Shown here piece by piece: positions 1-9,196 of a stretch of DNA of 64,000 bases. The position numbers and the translations under genes were made by a program. The stretch lies in the IMG/VR virus record IMGVR_UViG_3300043411_001777, positions 62,001 to 126,000 of that record, one strand, 5' to 3'. The stretch's first letter is position 1. Every line of letters begins with the position of its first letter. Below the pieces are notes generated by a model. That model saw only the letters and a program-made list of their open reading frames with translations, was not told the DNA's origin and did not search any database.

Positions 1-117
1 CTTCATATCGGTAAACAGGATCTGTCCGCCCCCGCTAGGGGACCAAAAATCCCGTTCGTAGGCGAATTCTACACGAAGAGACGCGATCATGGCTTGAAGA
101 TGCAAGGGCAAGGACAT
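1..117 (-). CDS. hypothetical protein, runs off the window edge (MSLPLHLQAMIASLRVEFAYERDFWSP...)
   Basis: AAGGAGG SD before ATG at 117; frame open to position 1; hand translated. Confidence 0.6.
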   Translation of the reverse strand, partial: MSLPLHLQAMIASLRVEFAYERDFWSPSGGGQILFTDMK

Positions 118-137
118 AGGGCCTCCTTTGAGGCCTT

Positions 138-368
138 CTACCCAGAAGTTCGCCCGGTAAGCTTAACCGTATTGCACTTGGGGCAAGCCACGGCATGATG
201 ATTTGTAGTGTAGCCGTACTCATCCGTAGACGAAAACGCATTCAAGGAAAGGAATTCGGTGTCCCCTTGCAGGACGTCCCTCCCGAAATTCTTCAACTTG
301 CGCCATTCATACACGTAACCGCACACACAGGTTTCCGTGAAAGTCTGGGTCTCGATATCGTATTTCAT
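138..368 (-). CDS. small Cys-containing hypothetical protein (CVCG...CPKC, putative Zn ribbon)
   Basis: AGGAGG SD upstream of ATG 368; two Cys pairs. Confidence 0.7.
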   Translation of the reverse strand: MKYDIETQTFTETCVCGYVYEWRKLKNFGRDVLQGDTEFLSLNAFSSTDEYGYTTNHHAVACPKCNTVKLTGRTSG

Positions 369-461
369 TCAGCACCTCCTGACTAAGGAACCGAAGAGGC
401 CCCCAAATTTAGGCCCCTAACTTTGAAAACCTCGGCGGTAGCTTCTTTGGAGGCACTGAGT

Positions 462-623
462 ATGAACGTCGCATTTATTTCTGACCTAACGGACGATTTG
501 AACCCTGGGCAGTTCCAGTTGCTAATCTGTCACCTGTTTTCGGTGCAGAACCCCACGGCGATTCGGCTTCGGGCTGCAATTAAGGCTTGGCGAATGAGCG
601 CTGGCCTGGCCAAGGATTGTTGA
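462..623 (+). CDS. hypothetical protein (53 aa)
   Basis: GGAGG SD before ATG 462; abuts the next gene. Confidence 0.5.
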   Translation: MNVAFISDLTDDLNPGQFQLLICHLFSVQNPTAIRLRAAIKAWRMSAGLAKDC

Positions 624-624
624 A

Positions 625-987
625 ATGTCTTACGAAGGTTATGCTCAGGTGCTCTGCGACAACGGGCATCTATACGAGACCGGTGATGACTACATGCCTC
701 AGGAGGATTGCCCCCACTGTGGCCGACCCCCTTGTTGGGTCAACCCGGTGAACGATACGAATTGTGATGCGGTCGGGCGCATCCCCGAGGAGCTGTTCAA
801 GCTCCTCTTCTTGGACAAGAACACGGACCCACCGACCTTCTTCGTTCCTACGGAAGACGAGTGGAAGGCTATCATCCACATGCATAAGCATGATGGCGGC
901 ACCCCGCTCATTCCAATCCACCCCGAACTACTGAATAAGTTGCTCGCTCAACACGGGAAGTCGTTCAAGGGAACGCATTTCCGGTGA
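625..987 (+). CDS. hypothetical protein with Zn-ribbon-like Cys motifs
   Basis: CDNGH...CPHCG...C; operon packing. Confidence 0.7.
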   Translation: MSYEGYAQVLCDNGHLYETGDDYMPQEDCPHCGRPPCWVNPVNDTNCDAVGRIPEELFKLLFLDKNTDPPTFFVPTEDEWKAIIHMHKHDGGTPLIPIHPELLNKLLAQHGKSFKGTHFR

Positions 988-1008
988 GCCTTAGAAAGGA
1001 GAAATGAA

Positions 1009-1218
1009 GTGATTCAGCGTGACCAGCAGATTATTGACCATGTGGCTAAGATTCGTCCTGATATGCTGCCCGCCGTCAAGGCGATTGTTGAGAACCCCTA
1101 CGGTAATCAGCAATATCAGGCAATGCATGTTCTGATGATCTTCGGGTTCGAGGCCGGACGCCAGTTCCAGACCGAGAACCCGAATACCGAGCTGAACAAC
1201 CCGAATGTGTACCTGTGA
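1009..1218 (+). CDS. hypothetical protein
   Basis: AGGAG SD, GTG start, GTGA overlap with the next gene. Confidence 0.65.
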   Translation: MIQRDQQIIDHVAKIRPDMLPAVKAIVENPYGNQQYQAMHVLMIFGFEAGRQFQTENPNTELNNPNVYL

Positions 1219-1436
1219 GCCAAATCTTGAATCCTCAAGAAGAGGCGGCTTTGTGGGAAGACGTAGTTGCACTACGGACGCGGCTCAGGGTGTTTCAAAC
1301 AACGCTTGTTAGCCAGCGTATTAGCCCGAACCTCCAATTTCATTTGGGGGACGCGCTATACCAACTCAACGAGTTGGTGGCTGCCTGGAAGTGGCGTCTG
1401 GACGCAAACCCGGGAAAGGCTGATGTTTCAGGATGA
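1215..1436 (+). CDS. hypothetical protein
   Basis: 4-nt overlaps on both sides. Confidence 0.6.
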   Translation: MSQILNPQEEAALWEDVVALRTRLRVFQTTLVSQRISPNLQFHLGDALYQLNELVAAWKWRLDANPGKADVSG

Positions 1437-1618
1437 AACCCATCAGTTGGCTGCCTGACTACCAGAACATGACTGACGAGGAATTGCTGACTGCTCTTGA
1501 AGAGGAAAAAGCAGCCGTCAAAAGGCTGGAGAAGCTCTCCAAGTGCTCTTATGCACACCTCACTCAAGCACTAGAGTCTGCATTCCACGAGGAATTGGCA
1601 GCAAGGAAAAAGGTCTAA
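1433..1618 (+). CDS. hypothetical coiled-coil protein
   Basis: ATGA overlap upstream, TAATG overlap downstream. Confidence 0.6.
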   Translation: MKPISWLPDYQNMTDEELLTALEEEKAAVKRLEKLSKCSYAHLTQALESAFHEELAARKKV

Positions 1619-1878
1619 TGGCACACATTCAACTCGACGTTACTGGAATCCCTGGTGTGGGAAAGACCGCCATCATTCAGGTCATGACCGAAGCGCTAAT
1701 AGCTAAGGGCATTGACGTCCACTTCTGTGACAGCCCGATTGACCCGAGCCCAAGCCCATTCCCATCGGAGCGTATTCGGACCCCCGAAGAGCTTGATCGG
1801 GTGGTCCAGTCGATCATTTCCACCGGGACGGCGGTGTTTGTCGTGGAACGAACTACACACCCTCATGGTGTCAAGTGA
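1618..1878 (+). CDS. hypothetical protein with P-loop-like GIPGVGKT
   Basis: AAGGA SD and ATG at 1618; only 86 aa. Confidence 0.65.
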   Translation: MAHIQLDVTGIPGVGKTAIIQVMTEALIAKGIDVHFCDSPIDPSPSPFPSERIRTPEELDRVVQSIISTGTAVFVVERTTHPHGVK

Positions 1879-2072
1879 AAGCCTCAGTGTGGGCGGATAT
1901 TCGCCATAATCCAGATGGAACAATGTCTTGGGGCGTGGAATGCGACAACCCAGCCCTTACTATTGACGGGCACTTCTTAACCGTCATCCCGGGTGACGCC
2001 ACTGAGCAAACCCGTAAACAGGCCGAACACCTCGTCGAATCCCTCAAAACCTTTTCCATTGGAAAGCGCTAA
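1875..2072 (+). CDS. hypothetical protein
   Basis: GTGA overlap; operon packing. Confidence 0.6.
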   Translation: MKASVWADIRHNPDGTMSWGVECDNPALTIDGHFLTVIPGDATEQTRKQAEHLVESLKTFSIGKR

Positions 2073-2074
2073 CA

Positions 2075-2461
2075 ATGTTCACTGAGCTGCTCCGTGAAGC
2101 CGAGCTTCGCAAGGACTGCGCTAATCCACCCGAAGCGGCTTTTTATGAAGGTCGGATTACTGCATTTGAGGAAATGATTGCGCTCTTCAACCCTAAACCG
2201 ACAACAGAAGTCCAGCGGAAAGAAATGCTGGCCCAACTCCGGAAAGTTCACCAGGAACTAGGTAAGGCTATTCGGGAACTTCGGTTTCCTATTAACGTCC
2301 CTGACGACCCGGCTCAGCATGATGTGCACACCAGCCACTGTTGTTTCGTGCATCATTGCAAGTATGGGGATGACGATTGTCCAGTTGTCCTAGGGCAAAA
2401 GAAGCAGGAATACCCGTGTGAAACGTGTGGGTGGGAATCAGACGAAGGAATAGAATACTAA
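2075..2461 (+). CDS. hypothetical protein with C-terminal Cys/His cluster
   Basis: HTSHCCFVHHCKYGDDDCP...CETC. Confidence 0.7.
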   Translation: MFTELLREAELRKDCANPPEAAFYEGRITAFEEMIALFNPKPTTEVQRKEMLAQLRKVHQELGKAIRELRFPINVPDDPAQHDVHTSHCCFVHHCKYGDDDCPVVLGQKKQEYPCETCGWESDEGIEY

Positions 2462-2489
2462 CTCCTCATCCCGGTCGGGTATCTAAAAC

Positions 2490-2747
2490 ATGAAGACCTA
2501 CACCACAGTTTACAACTACGGGTTCGGACAGAAGGTGGAGACCATGGTTTTCGAGATCGACCGGTACGTTTGTACCGAAAACATCGAATACCTGTTGTTC
2601 TACACGGATTCCGATCCGACTCATCGTGTCCGTCTCCGCGATTTGGATGCGAACGAGAACGTGGGGATTTACTTCTTTCGCGGTGCACCCGAAAAGGCTC
2701 GCGCTAAGTTCGACGAAATCGTCAGCAACGTAAAGAGCTACGAATAG
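2490..2747 (+). CDS. hypothetical protein
   Basis: ORF in co-oriented cluster. Confidence 0.65.
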   Translation: MKTYTTVYNYGFGQKVETMVFEIDRYVCTENIEYLLFYTDSDPTHRVRLRDLDANENVGIYFFRGAPEKARAKFDEIVSNVKSYE

Positions 2748-2790
2748 GGTAGATTGTATCGCGCAATTCAGCGCGATACGGGAATGAGTC

Positions 2791-3174
2791 ATGGAACACT
2801 GCGAAGTAGTGGATATGCTAGGGGCGACGATTGTCAGCATCTCTGGCATGCAGGATGAAAGCGAAGCGGTCATCTTTACGGCCCAAGATGGTCGTAGCTG
2901 GCATATGTGGTATCAGCCGGATTGCTGTGCACGATGCTATATCGTGCAGATTGACGGCGACGTTCAGGACTTGATCGGGTCCCCGCTCCTCATGTCCGAA
3001 GAAATCAGCAACGAAGGCGCGTCAGCGCCCGAAGGCTACTACGAGTCTTACACCTGGACCTTCTACAAGTTTGCGACCATTAAGGGATATGTCACCCTGC
3101 GGTGGTTAGGAAGCAGCAACGGCTATTACAGCGAGTCAGTTTCATTCGCCCGTGTTGCTCCTGATATGAATTGA
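2791..3174 (+). CDS. conserved phage hypothetical protein
   Basis: QPDCC...DGDVQDLIGSPLLMSEE...TWTFYKFATIKGYVTLRWLGSSNGYYSE, a pattern I recognise from many phages. Confidence 0.8.
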   Translation: MEHCEVVDMLGATIVSISGMQDESEAVIFTAQDGRSWHMWYQPDCCARCYIVQIDGDVQDLIGSPLLMSEEISNEGASAPEGYYESYTWTFYKFATIKGYVTLRWLGSSNGYYSESVSFARVAPDMN

Positions 3175-3190
3175 AACCCTGGGAGGGTTC

Positions 3191-3493
3191 ATGAGCGTTC
3201 CTCTTTCGCATTGGTTTGCCGCGTGTGAAGACACGGGCTTAGAAGAGCCCAGTTGGTCGAATAACAGTTTCCCAGCCATATGGGAACGCGGAAAGACCGA
3301 TGGGGTTAATTGGGTTCTTGCCGTACACCTCTTCTGTGATGAAGCGCATGCTATGCTTCATCCGGACCCGGGTGCTTTCGATAATCCACAGGATGTCCCC
3401 AATACTATTCCTGTCGGAACGTACAAAACCCCCGCAGCGCTTCGTAAAGCGCTATGCAAGCTGGCAAAGCCCAAGCCCGGAGACGATTCGTGA
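3191..3493 (+). CDS. hypothetical protein
   Basis: GGGAGG SD; GTGA overlap downstream. Confidence 0.7.
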   Translation: MSVPLSHWFAACEDTGLEEPSWSNNSFPAIWERGKTDGVNWVLAVHLFCDEAHAMLHPDPGAFDNPQDVPNTIPVGTYKTPAALRKALCKLAKPKPGDDS

Positions 3494-4236
3494 ACAGAAT
3501 TCCTGTACAAGACCTACCTGTTCCGCGCCTTGAACTCTACTGGCGGCCCCTTACAAAGGATGGCGCCTTTGGCGACGGTTATGGGAATAACTGGGTTGTG
3601 GAATACAACCTCGTCAAAACCTTCTTTTCCAAGCAGGAAAAGACGCCCCTCGGGGCTACGAAAATCAGCCGACACCGCCACCCAGTAGATGCCGACGATG
3701 ACACCATCGATACCCCGATTCGGGATGGGTGCCATATCAAATATGATAGTTTCGAACTCAAGCTCCCCGCTTTCGCTCGATGTGAGGGGTTTGATTGGGC
3801 TGTCGCAATCGAGCCGCGAGAATACTTACCTTACCCCGAAGAGGAAACTACTCCCCTGGGGGAAATGGCAAATCCTCTGGAGGTTTGGGGTCTCGTGGCC
3901 GATATCAGCCGGCTAAAGGTTGCTTACAACGGAAGTAGCGAGCCTCTAGAGCTTGAAGTTTTGGAGAAAGCGCATTCTCTTCTGCGAGACCTCTGTCGGG
4001 CTATTGAGTCTCAGTGGGCGAGCAAGGGGCGGGTTGATCCCGATCTGCATATCGCCTATGTGGCTGCTAAGCGCTACGTTGACCCGGATTTCGAAAAGAG
4101 GGAGCTAGACAAGGAATCGCTCATGCGTAACAAGATCCGCGAAGCTTTCAGCCACAGTTCAGTGGGCTGGGATAAGGATTTGGAGGACGAGCTGCTTGTT
4201 ATCATGGCTAAGAATGCCGATACCAGCGGTACATAG
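3490..4236 (+). CDS. hypothetical phage protein
   Basis: GGAG SD, GTG 3490 overlapping the previous stop. Confidence 0.75.
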   Translation: MNRIPVQDLPVPRLELYWRPLTKDGAFGDGYGNNWVVEYNLVKTFFSKQEKTPLGATKISRHRHPVDADDDTIDTPIRDGCHIKYDSFELKLPAFARCEGFDWAVAIEPREYLPYPEEETTPLGEMANPLEVWGLVADISRLKVAYNGSSEPLELEVLEKAHSLLRDLCRAIESQWASKGRVDPDLHIAYVAAKRYVDPDFEKRELDKESLMRNKIREAFSHSSVGWDKDLEDELLVIMAKNADTSGT

Positions 4237-4239
4237 GGT

Positions 4240-4506
4240 ATGAACAGTGATCTGCTACTTACCCTCTCCCGCCTTTTTAGCCGCAGCCCGCGATGGGAGG
4301 CGTGTTTCTGGTCTATAGGGATGCAGAATATGGCAGCAAAGTTTGGCCTGCCGACCCTATTCAAGGAGGCCGCCTATGAAATCTTCATGGACGACTTCAA
4401 GCTAAGCTCAACTGATGTCGACCTAATCCGTCGCCATTGCAGGGCTCTTGCCAAGACTGGGGTTATTGACCACACCCTGACTTGGAATTTGGAAGTGCCG
4501 GGCTAA
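4240..4506 (+). CDS. hypothetical protein
   Basis: starts 3 nt after the previous stop. Confidence 0.6.
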   Translation: MNSDLLLTLSRLFSRSPRWEACFWSIGMQNMAAKFGLPTLFKEAAYEIFMDDFKLSSTDVDLIRRHCRALAKTGVIDHTLTWNLEVPG

Positions 4507-4571
4507 CTCTTAGCCCCCCTCCGGGTAATACCTTTGTGGGCCAAGAAAGGCCCCAGAGAAAAGGAGGGATC

Positions 4572-4817
4572 GTGTTCTACACGCTGACAGAGGACGAATA
4601 CCAGGCGCTACTCAACTCCGCGAAGGAGGCGAAAGCAGCAAATGCGAAGAAACTGCAAGCCTTCTGCACGCGCGTGGCCGACGAATTGCCTGTGATCTGG
4701 AGGTCGGAGGGCACGCCGAGGCCCTGGGGATGCATCCTAACTCAGGGCAGCGGGTACTGCGACTCGTGCCCCGCGAAGGATGTTTGCCCGCACCCCCGAA
4801 AGCACTGGAGCAAGTGA
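4572..4817 (+). CDS. hypothetical protein with C-terminal Cys cluster
   Basis: AGGAGG SD before GTG 4572; WGCILT...YCDSCPAKDVCP. Confidence 0.7.
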   Translation: MFYTLTEDEYQALLNSAKEAKAANAKKLQAFCTRVADELPVIWRSEGTPRPWGCILTQGSGYCDSCPAKDVCPHPRKHWSK

Positions 4818-5119
4818 TGAAGCGCGATCTGTCGAAGTTGATGGAAGGATTGGAGATCAAGGTGTCCCAGGGCCGCAATGGCAGGTGGTACGCTTACGTG
4901 GCCGCCCCCCATGCGTGGGGCAACGTCTTCGGTCAGTATGCTATGGAGGATCCAGGCAAGAACTGGTGGAAGGACGCCTCCGGTGACACCGAGGACGAGG
5001 CACGCGAGAAGGCTTGCCAGCTCGCTGGCGTCGCATTCGGCAACCGCCTGGCCCAGGCCCTGGCACCCATCGCAGTGCCCGCGAAGGTCATCCCCGCGCC
5101 GAGCCAGGTTACCCTGTAA
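4817..5119 (+). CDS. hypothetical protein, weak HicB-like pattern, GC-rich
   Basis: TGATG overlap; IKVSQGRNGRWYAYV...SGDTEDEAREKA. Confidence 0.65.
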   Translation: MKRDLSKLMEGLEIKVSQGRNGRWYAYVAAPHAWGNVFGQYAMEDPGKNWWKDASGDTEDEAREKACQLAGVAFGNRLAQALAPIAVPAKVIPAPSQVTL

Positions 5120-5322
5120 TGGCCTGCCACTACTGCAATCCAAAGGCAAGCTCTAAGCACGTCGAGTGCCCCGCCCATAAGCGGGACCGTCTCCGCTGGG
5201 AGCGAGAACAGGCCGAAGAGGAAGAAGACTACAAGCGCCATGCTTGGGCTTCCGAAGCGGGCCTCATCCCAGCCGTTTACGACACTATGAGCGGTGGCAG
5301 TTTCCTGATGCCTAACTCTTAG
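5119..5322 (+). CDS. hypothetical protein (CHYC...CPAH)
   Basis: TAATG overlap. Confidence 0.6.
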   Translation: MACHYCNPKASSKHVECPAHKRDRLRWEREQAEEEEDYKRHAWASEAGLIPAVYDTMSGGSFLMPNS

Positions 5323-5343
5323 GCCTGCAAGGGTAGTTAGATC

Positions 5344-7077
5344 GTGAACGAAGAAATCCCAGAGAACCTCCCCGCCATTGTTGACGTGATTCGTGCCGAA
5401 ACCGTCGCGGATACAAGCGAACCCGTCGCAATTGGCCAGTGGTTCTGGCGCCGGGCCAAGCCCGAACGCTATCTCGTCTGCGTTACCCATGTAGGTTCAA
5501 ACTTCGCTATGGTTGAAACCGTGGGAGGCCGAACCGAACGAATTCTATTGGAAGATTGGGAACGCCATTGTCGAAAGGCAAAGGCCCCTAATCGCTATAT
5601 CGACACCCAGGTTGGCTTCCACAAGGAACGAGTGCAAGAGCTTCTGTCCGAAGTGCAGGCCGTCACGGCCCGACTCGGACTTCAGCCTACTGAAGCGCTC
5701 GGCAATAGCACGTCCAGCACCAGCCTCGCAGTCGTGCATGGTGTGGGTGACGTCCAGGCCCACAAGCTCGAATTGATCGAGGCGAAGAGCAAGACACTCC
5801 CCGAGCTTTTCAAGGAAATCGAGGGCCAGCATGCCGCTATGGCCATGTGGATGAAAGCCTCACTCATCCCCATGAAGGCAATTGCAGCTCAGGCTAGGCA
5901 GGCAACGTCGAGCATTGACAGTCGGATCATGATGGTCGAGCTATACGCGGGCTTGACTGAGGAACTGACCCAGATCCTGGACGGGGAGCCCGCCCCAAAT
6001 GACACGCGCATCCACCTGTTTCAGCGCCAGCATTACATGGATGAGGAATGCCTGGCTCAATATGAAGCCGGGGGCATGGATTTCCGTGGCATCGGTGCTT
6101 TTGACAAGTGGCTTGCCCGCCCCCAAAACCTGAATCGTATCCTGCCTTTCCCACGCAGTATCGTTGCATTTCAGGTACGCCGAAAGGCTAAGGATTACGG
6201 CGAGGCCCGCTCACTGTCTGAAGCGATCCGCTTCTGGGAAATGGGAGAAGCCGACAAGCTGACGTTCCTGTATATCCGAAACGGAGATACCCTTCACCGA
6301 TTGAGCACGGCTGTTGAATTCGGCGAGAATCTTTTCCCGGACCATGAGAATGAGGAACTTCTGGGCGAGGGTCCGAAGTGGATCGTACAGAGTAGCTTTG
6401 GATTCGAGAGGGTCATTTCAGAGCGCGAGCATGACGCAGTCATGCTAAAGCGGGAAGAAGAAAACGCAAAATACAAGCGTGAGCTGGCGGCGTGGAAATC
6501 AGAGTCTGAAAAGACGCGCAGTCATTTTGAGCCATATAAACCATATGGGCGGGACACCCATGTTCCCCTCTCACGTGACAGCGTCTATTACGATGATGCT
6601 ATGCGGTCGATGGCGGAGAGTGCGGTTGCACACAACCGGATTGCCGTCGTAATCCAGGGGCTTCTGGACCGCTCGATTGCGCTCCACCCTCACCCTCCCT
6701 GGCAGCTTTGGACCCCGGAAGGTTTTACGGGCGCGCTGGAACTCGTTTTTGACGCGTCCCGGGGCATTGCTAATGGGGAGCCGCCGAACTTTGAGGCGTA
6801 CTTTGCCCGGCTTGGAGAGAGCATTAAGGCTGGCTCCATGGTGATTGGAGCGCAGGAGCTGTGGGAACGCGCAGAAGCTGAAAAGGAAAACGACCGGCGA
6901 CGGAGAAGTTATCGATACCGTTCGGACGAGTGTTACGAGAAGTCCAGTTTCCCTATGGGGGAAGCCCTCCAAAGAAGTACGGATGCAACAACGTTCACTG
7001 CGGTAATCCGTTCGCCTACGTCGAAAAGGACTGTCCAACTTCGTGCCCAAGGTGTGGCGCCAGTATGGGACGGCTAA
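5344..7077 (+). CDS. large hypothetical protein (577 aa); C-terminus possibly replaced
   Basis: long ORF with coiled-coil N-half; last ~49 codons overlap a Zn-finger ORF. Confidence 0.8.
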   Translation: MNEEIPENLPAIVDVIRAETVADTSEPVAIGQWFWRRAKPERYLVCVTHVGSNFAMVETVGGRTERILLEDWERHCRKAKAPNRYIDTQVGFHKERVQELLSEVQAVTARLGLQPTEALGNSTSSTSLAVVHGVGDVQAHKLELIEAKSKTLPELFKEIEGQHAAMAMWMKASLIPMKAIAAQARQATSSIDSRIMMVELYAGLTEELTQILDGEPAPNDTRIHLFQRQHYMDEECLAQYEAGGMDFRGIGAFDKWLARPQNLNRILPFPRSIVAFQVRRKAKDYGEARSLSEAIRFWEMGEADKLTFLYIRNGDTLHRLSTAVEFGENLFPDHENEELLGEGPKWIVQSSFGFERVISEREHDAVMLKREEENAKYKRELAAWKSESEKTRSHFEPYKPYGRDTHVPLSRDSVYYDDAMRSMAESAVAHNRIAVVIQGLLDRSIALHPHPPWQLWTPEGFTGALELVFDASRGIANGEPPNFEAYFARLGESIKAGSMVIGAQELWERAEAEKENDRRRRSYRYRSDECYEKSSFPMGEALQRSTDATTFTAVIRSPTSKRTVQLRAQGVAPVWDG

Positions 7078-7124
7078 CCGAATCCGAAATACTCTACTAT
7101 GTAGAGTTTGTTCCTGGAGACTAG
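6930..7124 (+). CDS. small Zn-ribbon protein (CNNVHC...CPRCG)
   Basis: GTG start; paired Cys motifs; stop lies 2 nt before the rtcB start. Confidence 0.55.
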   Translation: MLREVQFPYGGSPPKKYGCNNVHCGNPFAYVEKDCPTSCPRCGASMGRLTESEILYYVEFVPGD

Positions 7125-7126
7125 AA

Positions 7127-8353
7127 ATGCGTGTAATTCAGTCCAATGAGATGCGAGTCCCCGTCAAGATTTGGGACGGCGGCGGAAACGTTCCTTTCGA
7201 GGACGCCGTTATCGGGCAGATTTCCAATGCTGCCACCCTTCCCATCATCCACAACCATGTTGCGCTTATGCCCGACGGGCATTTTGGCATCGGAGCCGCG
7301 GTCGGATCAGTAATCCCCACCGTCAACGCCATCATCCCTGCGGCTGTAGGCGTGGACATTGGTTGCGGTATGGCTGCGGTTCAGACTTCCCTGAACGCCT
7401 CCCAGCTTCCAGACTCACTCGCTGCACTTCGCTCTGCGATTGAGCAGGCGGTTCCCCATGGCCGTTCCGACAACGGTGGGTCGAATGACGTGGGGTCCTT
7501 CCGGGGCAACTCCCTTCCTGCAACCCACGCAAAGGCATGGGCGGATGAACTGGCCGTGGGGTACGCAAGGATCGCATCGAAGTATCCCAAGCTCGGCTCT
7601 GGTAATTCGGCCAACCACCTCGGAACTCTCGGAACCGGTAATCATTTCACAGAGTTGTGCCTTGACGAGTCGGGCCAGGTTTGGGTGATGCTGCATTCGG
7701 GAAGCCGCGGGGTTGGTAACCGTTTCGGTATGCATTTCATCGCCTTGGCGAAGGAGGATATGATCAAGGCTGGCCTGACGGCGGTCGACAAGGATCTGTC
7801 CTACTTGACCGAGGGGACCCAGCATTTCAACGATTATGTTGAGGCCGTGGATTGGGCGCAGAAGTACGCCCGAATCAACCGCCAGCTCATGATGGGGGAG
7901 GTTATCCGCGTGATGCGTGATTTCCTCCCACCATTCACGCTGACCGAGATGGCGGTCAACTGCCACCACAACTATGTGGCGCGCGAGCACCACTTTGGAC
8001 AGGATGTCTGGCTCACCCGTAAGGGGGCTGTTTCTGCTGCACAAGGGCAGTTGGGCATCATCCCTGGATCGATGGGTGCCAAGAGCTTCATCGTTCGTGG
8101 GAAGGGCAACCCCGAGTCCTTCCATAGCTGTTCGCACGGTGCGGGTCGGTCTATGTCTCGGGGTGAGGCCAAGCGCCGTTTCTCACTTGAGGACCACGAG
8201 AAGGCCACTGTTGGGGTGGAGTGCCGAAAGGATGTCGGAGTCATTGATGAGACCCCGGCTGCGTACAAGTCGATTGACAACGTTATGGCGGCTCAGACGG
8301 ATCTCGTCGAGATTGTCTACACACTCAAGCAGGTTCTTTGTGTGAAGGGGTAA
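7127..8353 (+). CDS. rtcB: RtcB family RNA ligase
   Basis: MPDGHFGIG, GVDIGCG, GTLGTGNHFTE, LHSGSRG, HHNY, PGSMG, SHGAGR, DETPAAYK motifs; GGAGA SD before ATG 7127. Confidence 0.97.
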   Translation: MRVIQSNEMRVPVKIWDGGGNVPFEDAVIGQISNAATLPIIHNHVALMPDGHFGIGAAVGSVIPTVNAIIPAAVGVDIGCGMAAVQTSLNASQLPDSLAALRSAIEQAVPHGRSDNGGSNDVGSFRGNSLPATHAKAWADELAVGYARIASKYPKLGSGNSANHLGTLGTGNHFTELCLDESGQVWVMLHSGSRGVGNRFGMHFIALAKEDMIKAGLTAVDKDLSYLTEGTQHFNDYVEAVDWAQKYARINRQLMMGEVIRVMRDFLPPFTLTEMAVNCHHNYVAREHHFGQDVWLTRKGAVSAAQGQLGIIPGSMGAKSFIVRGKGNPESFHSCSHGAGRSMSRGEAKRRFSLEDHEKATVGVECRKDVGVIDETPAAYKSIDNVMAAQTDLVEIVYTLKQVLCVKG

Positions 8354-8356
8354 CCT

Positions 8357-8629
8357 ATGCGAACCATGAAGCCATTTACCCAACCGGCCACGACTAAAAT
8401 GGTCACAGACCGTGTGATTTGTGACGTGTGCAGGAAGGATATCCCGAATCCGGGTTGGTACGAAAAGCAGGAATGCCAGGTTTCTATGGAAACGGGGTCC
8501 ACATATCCCGAATGTGGAGACCTTGAAAAGGTCGAATTCGATATCTGTGTCCCGTGTTTCACGGAAAAGCTGATTCCTTGGTTCGCGGCCTTTAACGCCC
8601 CCCCTAGGGTTTTGGACACGAGTTACTGA
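8357..8629 (+). CDS. Zn-finger hypothetical protein (CDVC...ICVPC)
   Basis: paired Cys motifs; follows rtcB. Confidence 0.7.
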   Translation: MRTMKPFTQPATTKMVTDRVICDVCRKDIPNPGWYEKQECQVSMETGSTYPECGDLEKVEFDICVPCFTEKLIPWFAAFNAPPRVLDTSY

Positions 8630-8812
8630 TGATGACGGGAAGTTTGACCTCTACGACGTTTACGGTAATAGTCCCGAGACCTACATCCCGAACGTGGATG
8701 TTTCGCTCTCGTACAAGAAGCGCCTCCGCCTATTGAATGAGGCTGCTAAACCTTGGATCAAGCAAGTAATTCGGGAGCAGTTTCCAAACCTCCAATGGGA
8801 GTGGGATACATA

Positions 8813-9196
8813 ATGTGGGTGAAATTCTACGCGGATAGCGGCCGATATGCCTATGAAGAGAAATACTTCTGGGAAGACAACCCCGACCCTGAGGCACTAT
8901 CCTCCGAATTAGAGGATTGGGCCGATCGGGCGAGCAGGAACTGGGAACGGGTTTCGGCAGGCTATGATCTGCTGGAAGCTCTCCCGCCTGAGGTTCATGC
9001 GGATTTGCTTGAGGAGTTTACGCGACGTAAGGCATACGCCGAGAAGATGTTAGCGCATCTTGCTGAGGTTCCTCCACCACCCCGTAAATATGGGGCTAGA
9101 ATGCCACAGCCTCTACAAGAAACAGTTGGAGACCGCCCAACAGCCCAGGATTTGGCGCAGCTAGTGAAAGAGATGGTGGACGAGGATGACGAATGA
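8813..9196 (+). CDS. hypothetical protein
   Basis: ATG 8813 in TAATG after GGAG. Confidence 0.7.
   Translation: MWVKFYADSGRYAYEEKYFWEDNPDPEALSSELEDWADRASRNWERVSAGYDLLEALPPEVHADLLEEFTRRKAYAEKMLAHLAEVPPPPRKYGARMPQPLQETVGDRPTAQDLAQLVKEMVDEDDE

Noticed and set aside
1618-1878. P-loop NTPase/kinase
   Set aside because: GIPGVGKT is present, but 86 aa is too short for a complete fold; left as hypothetical.
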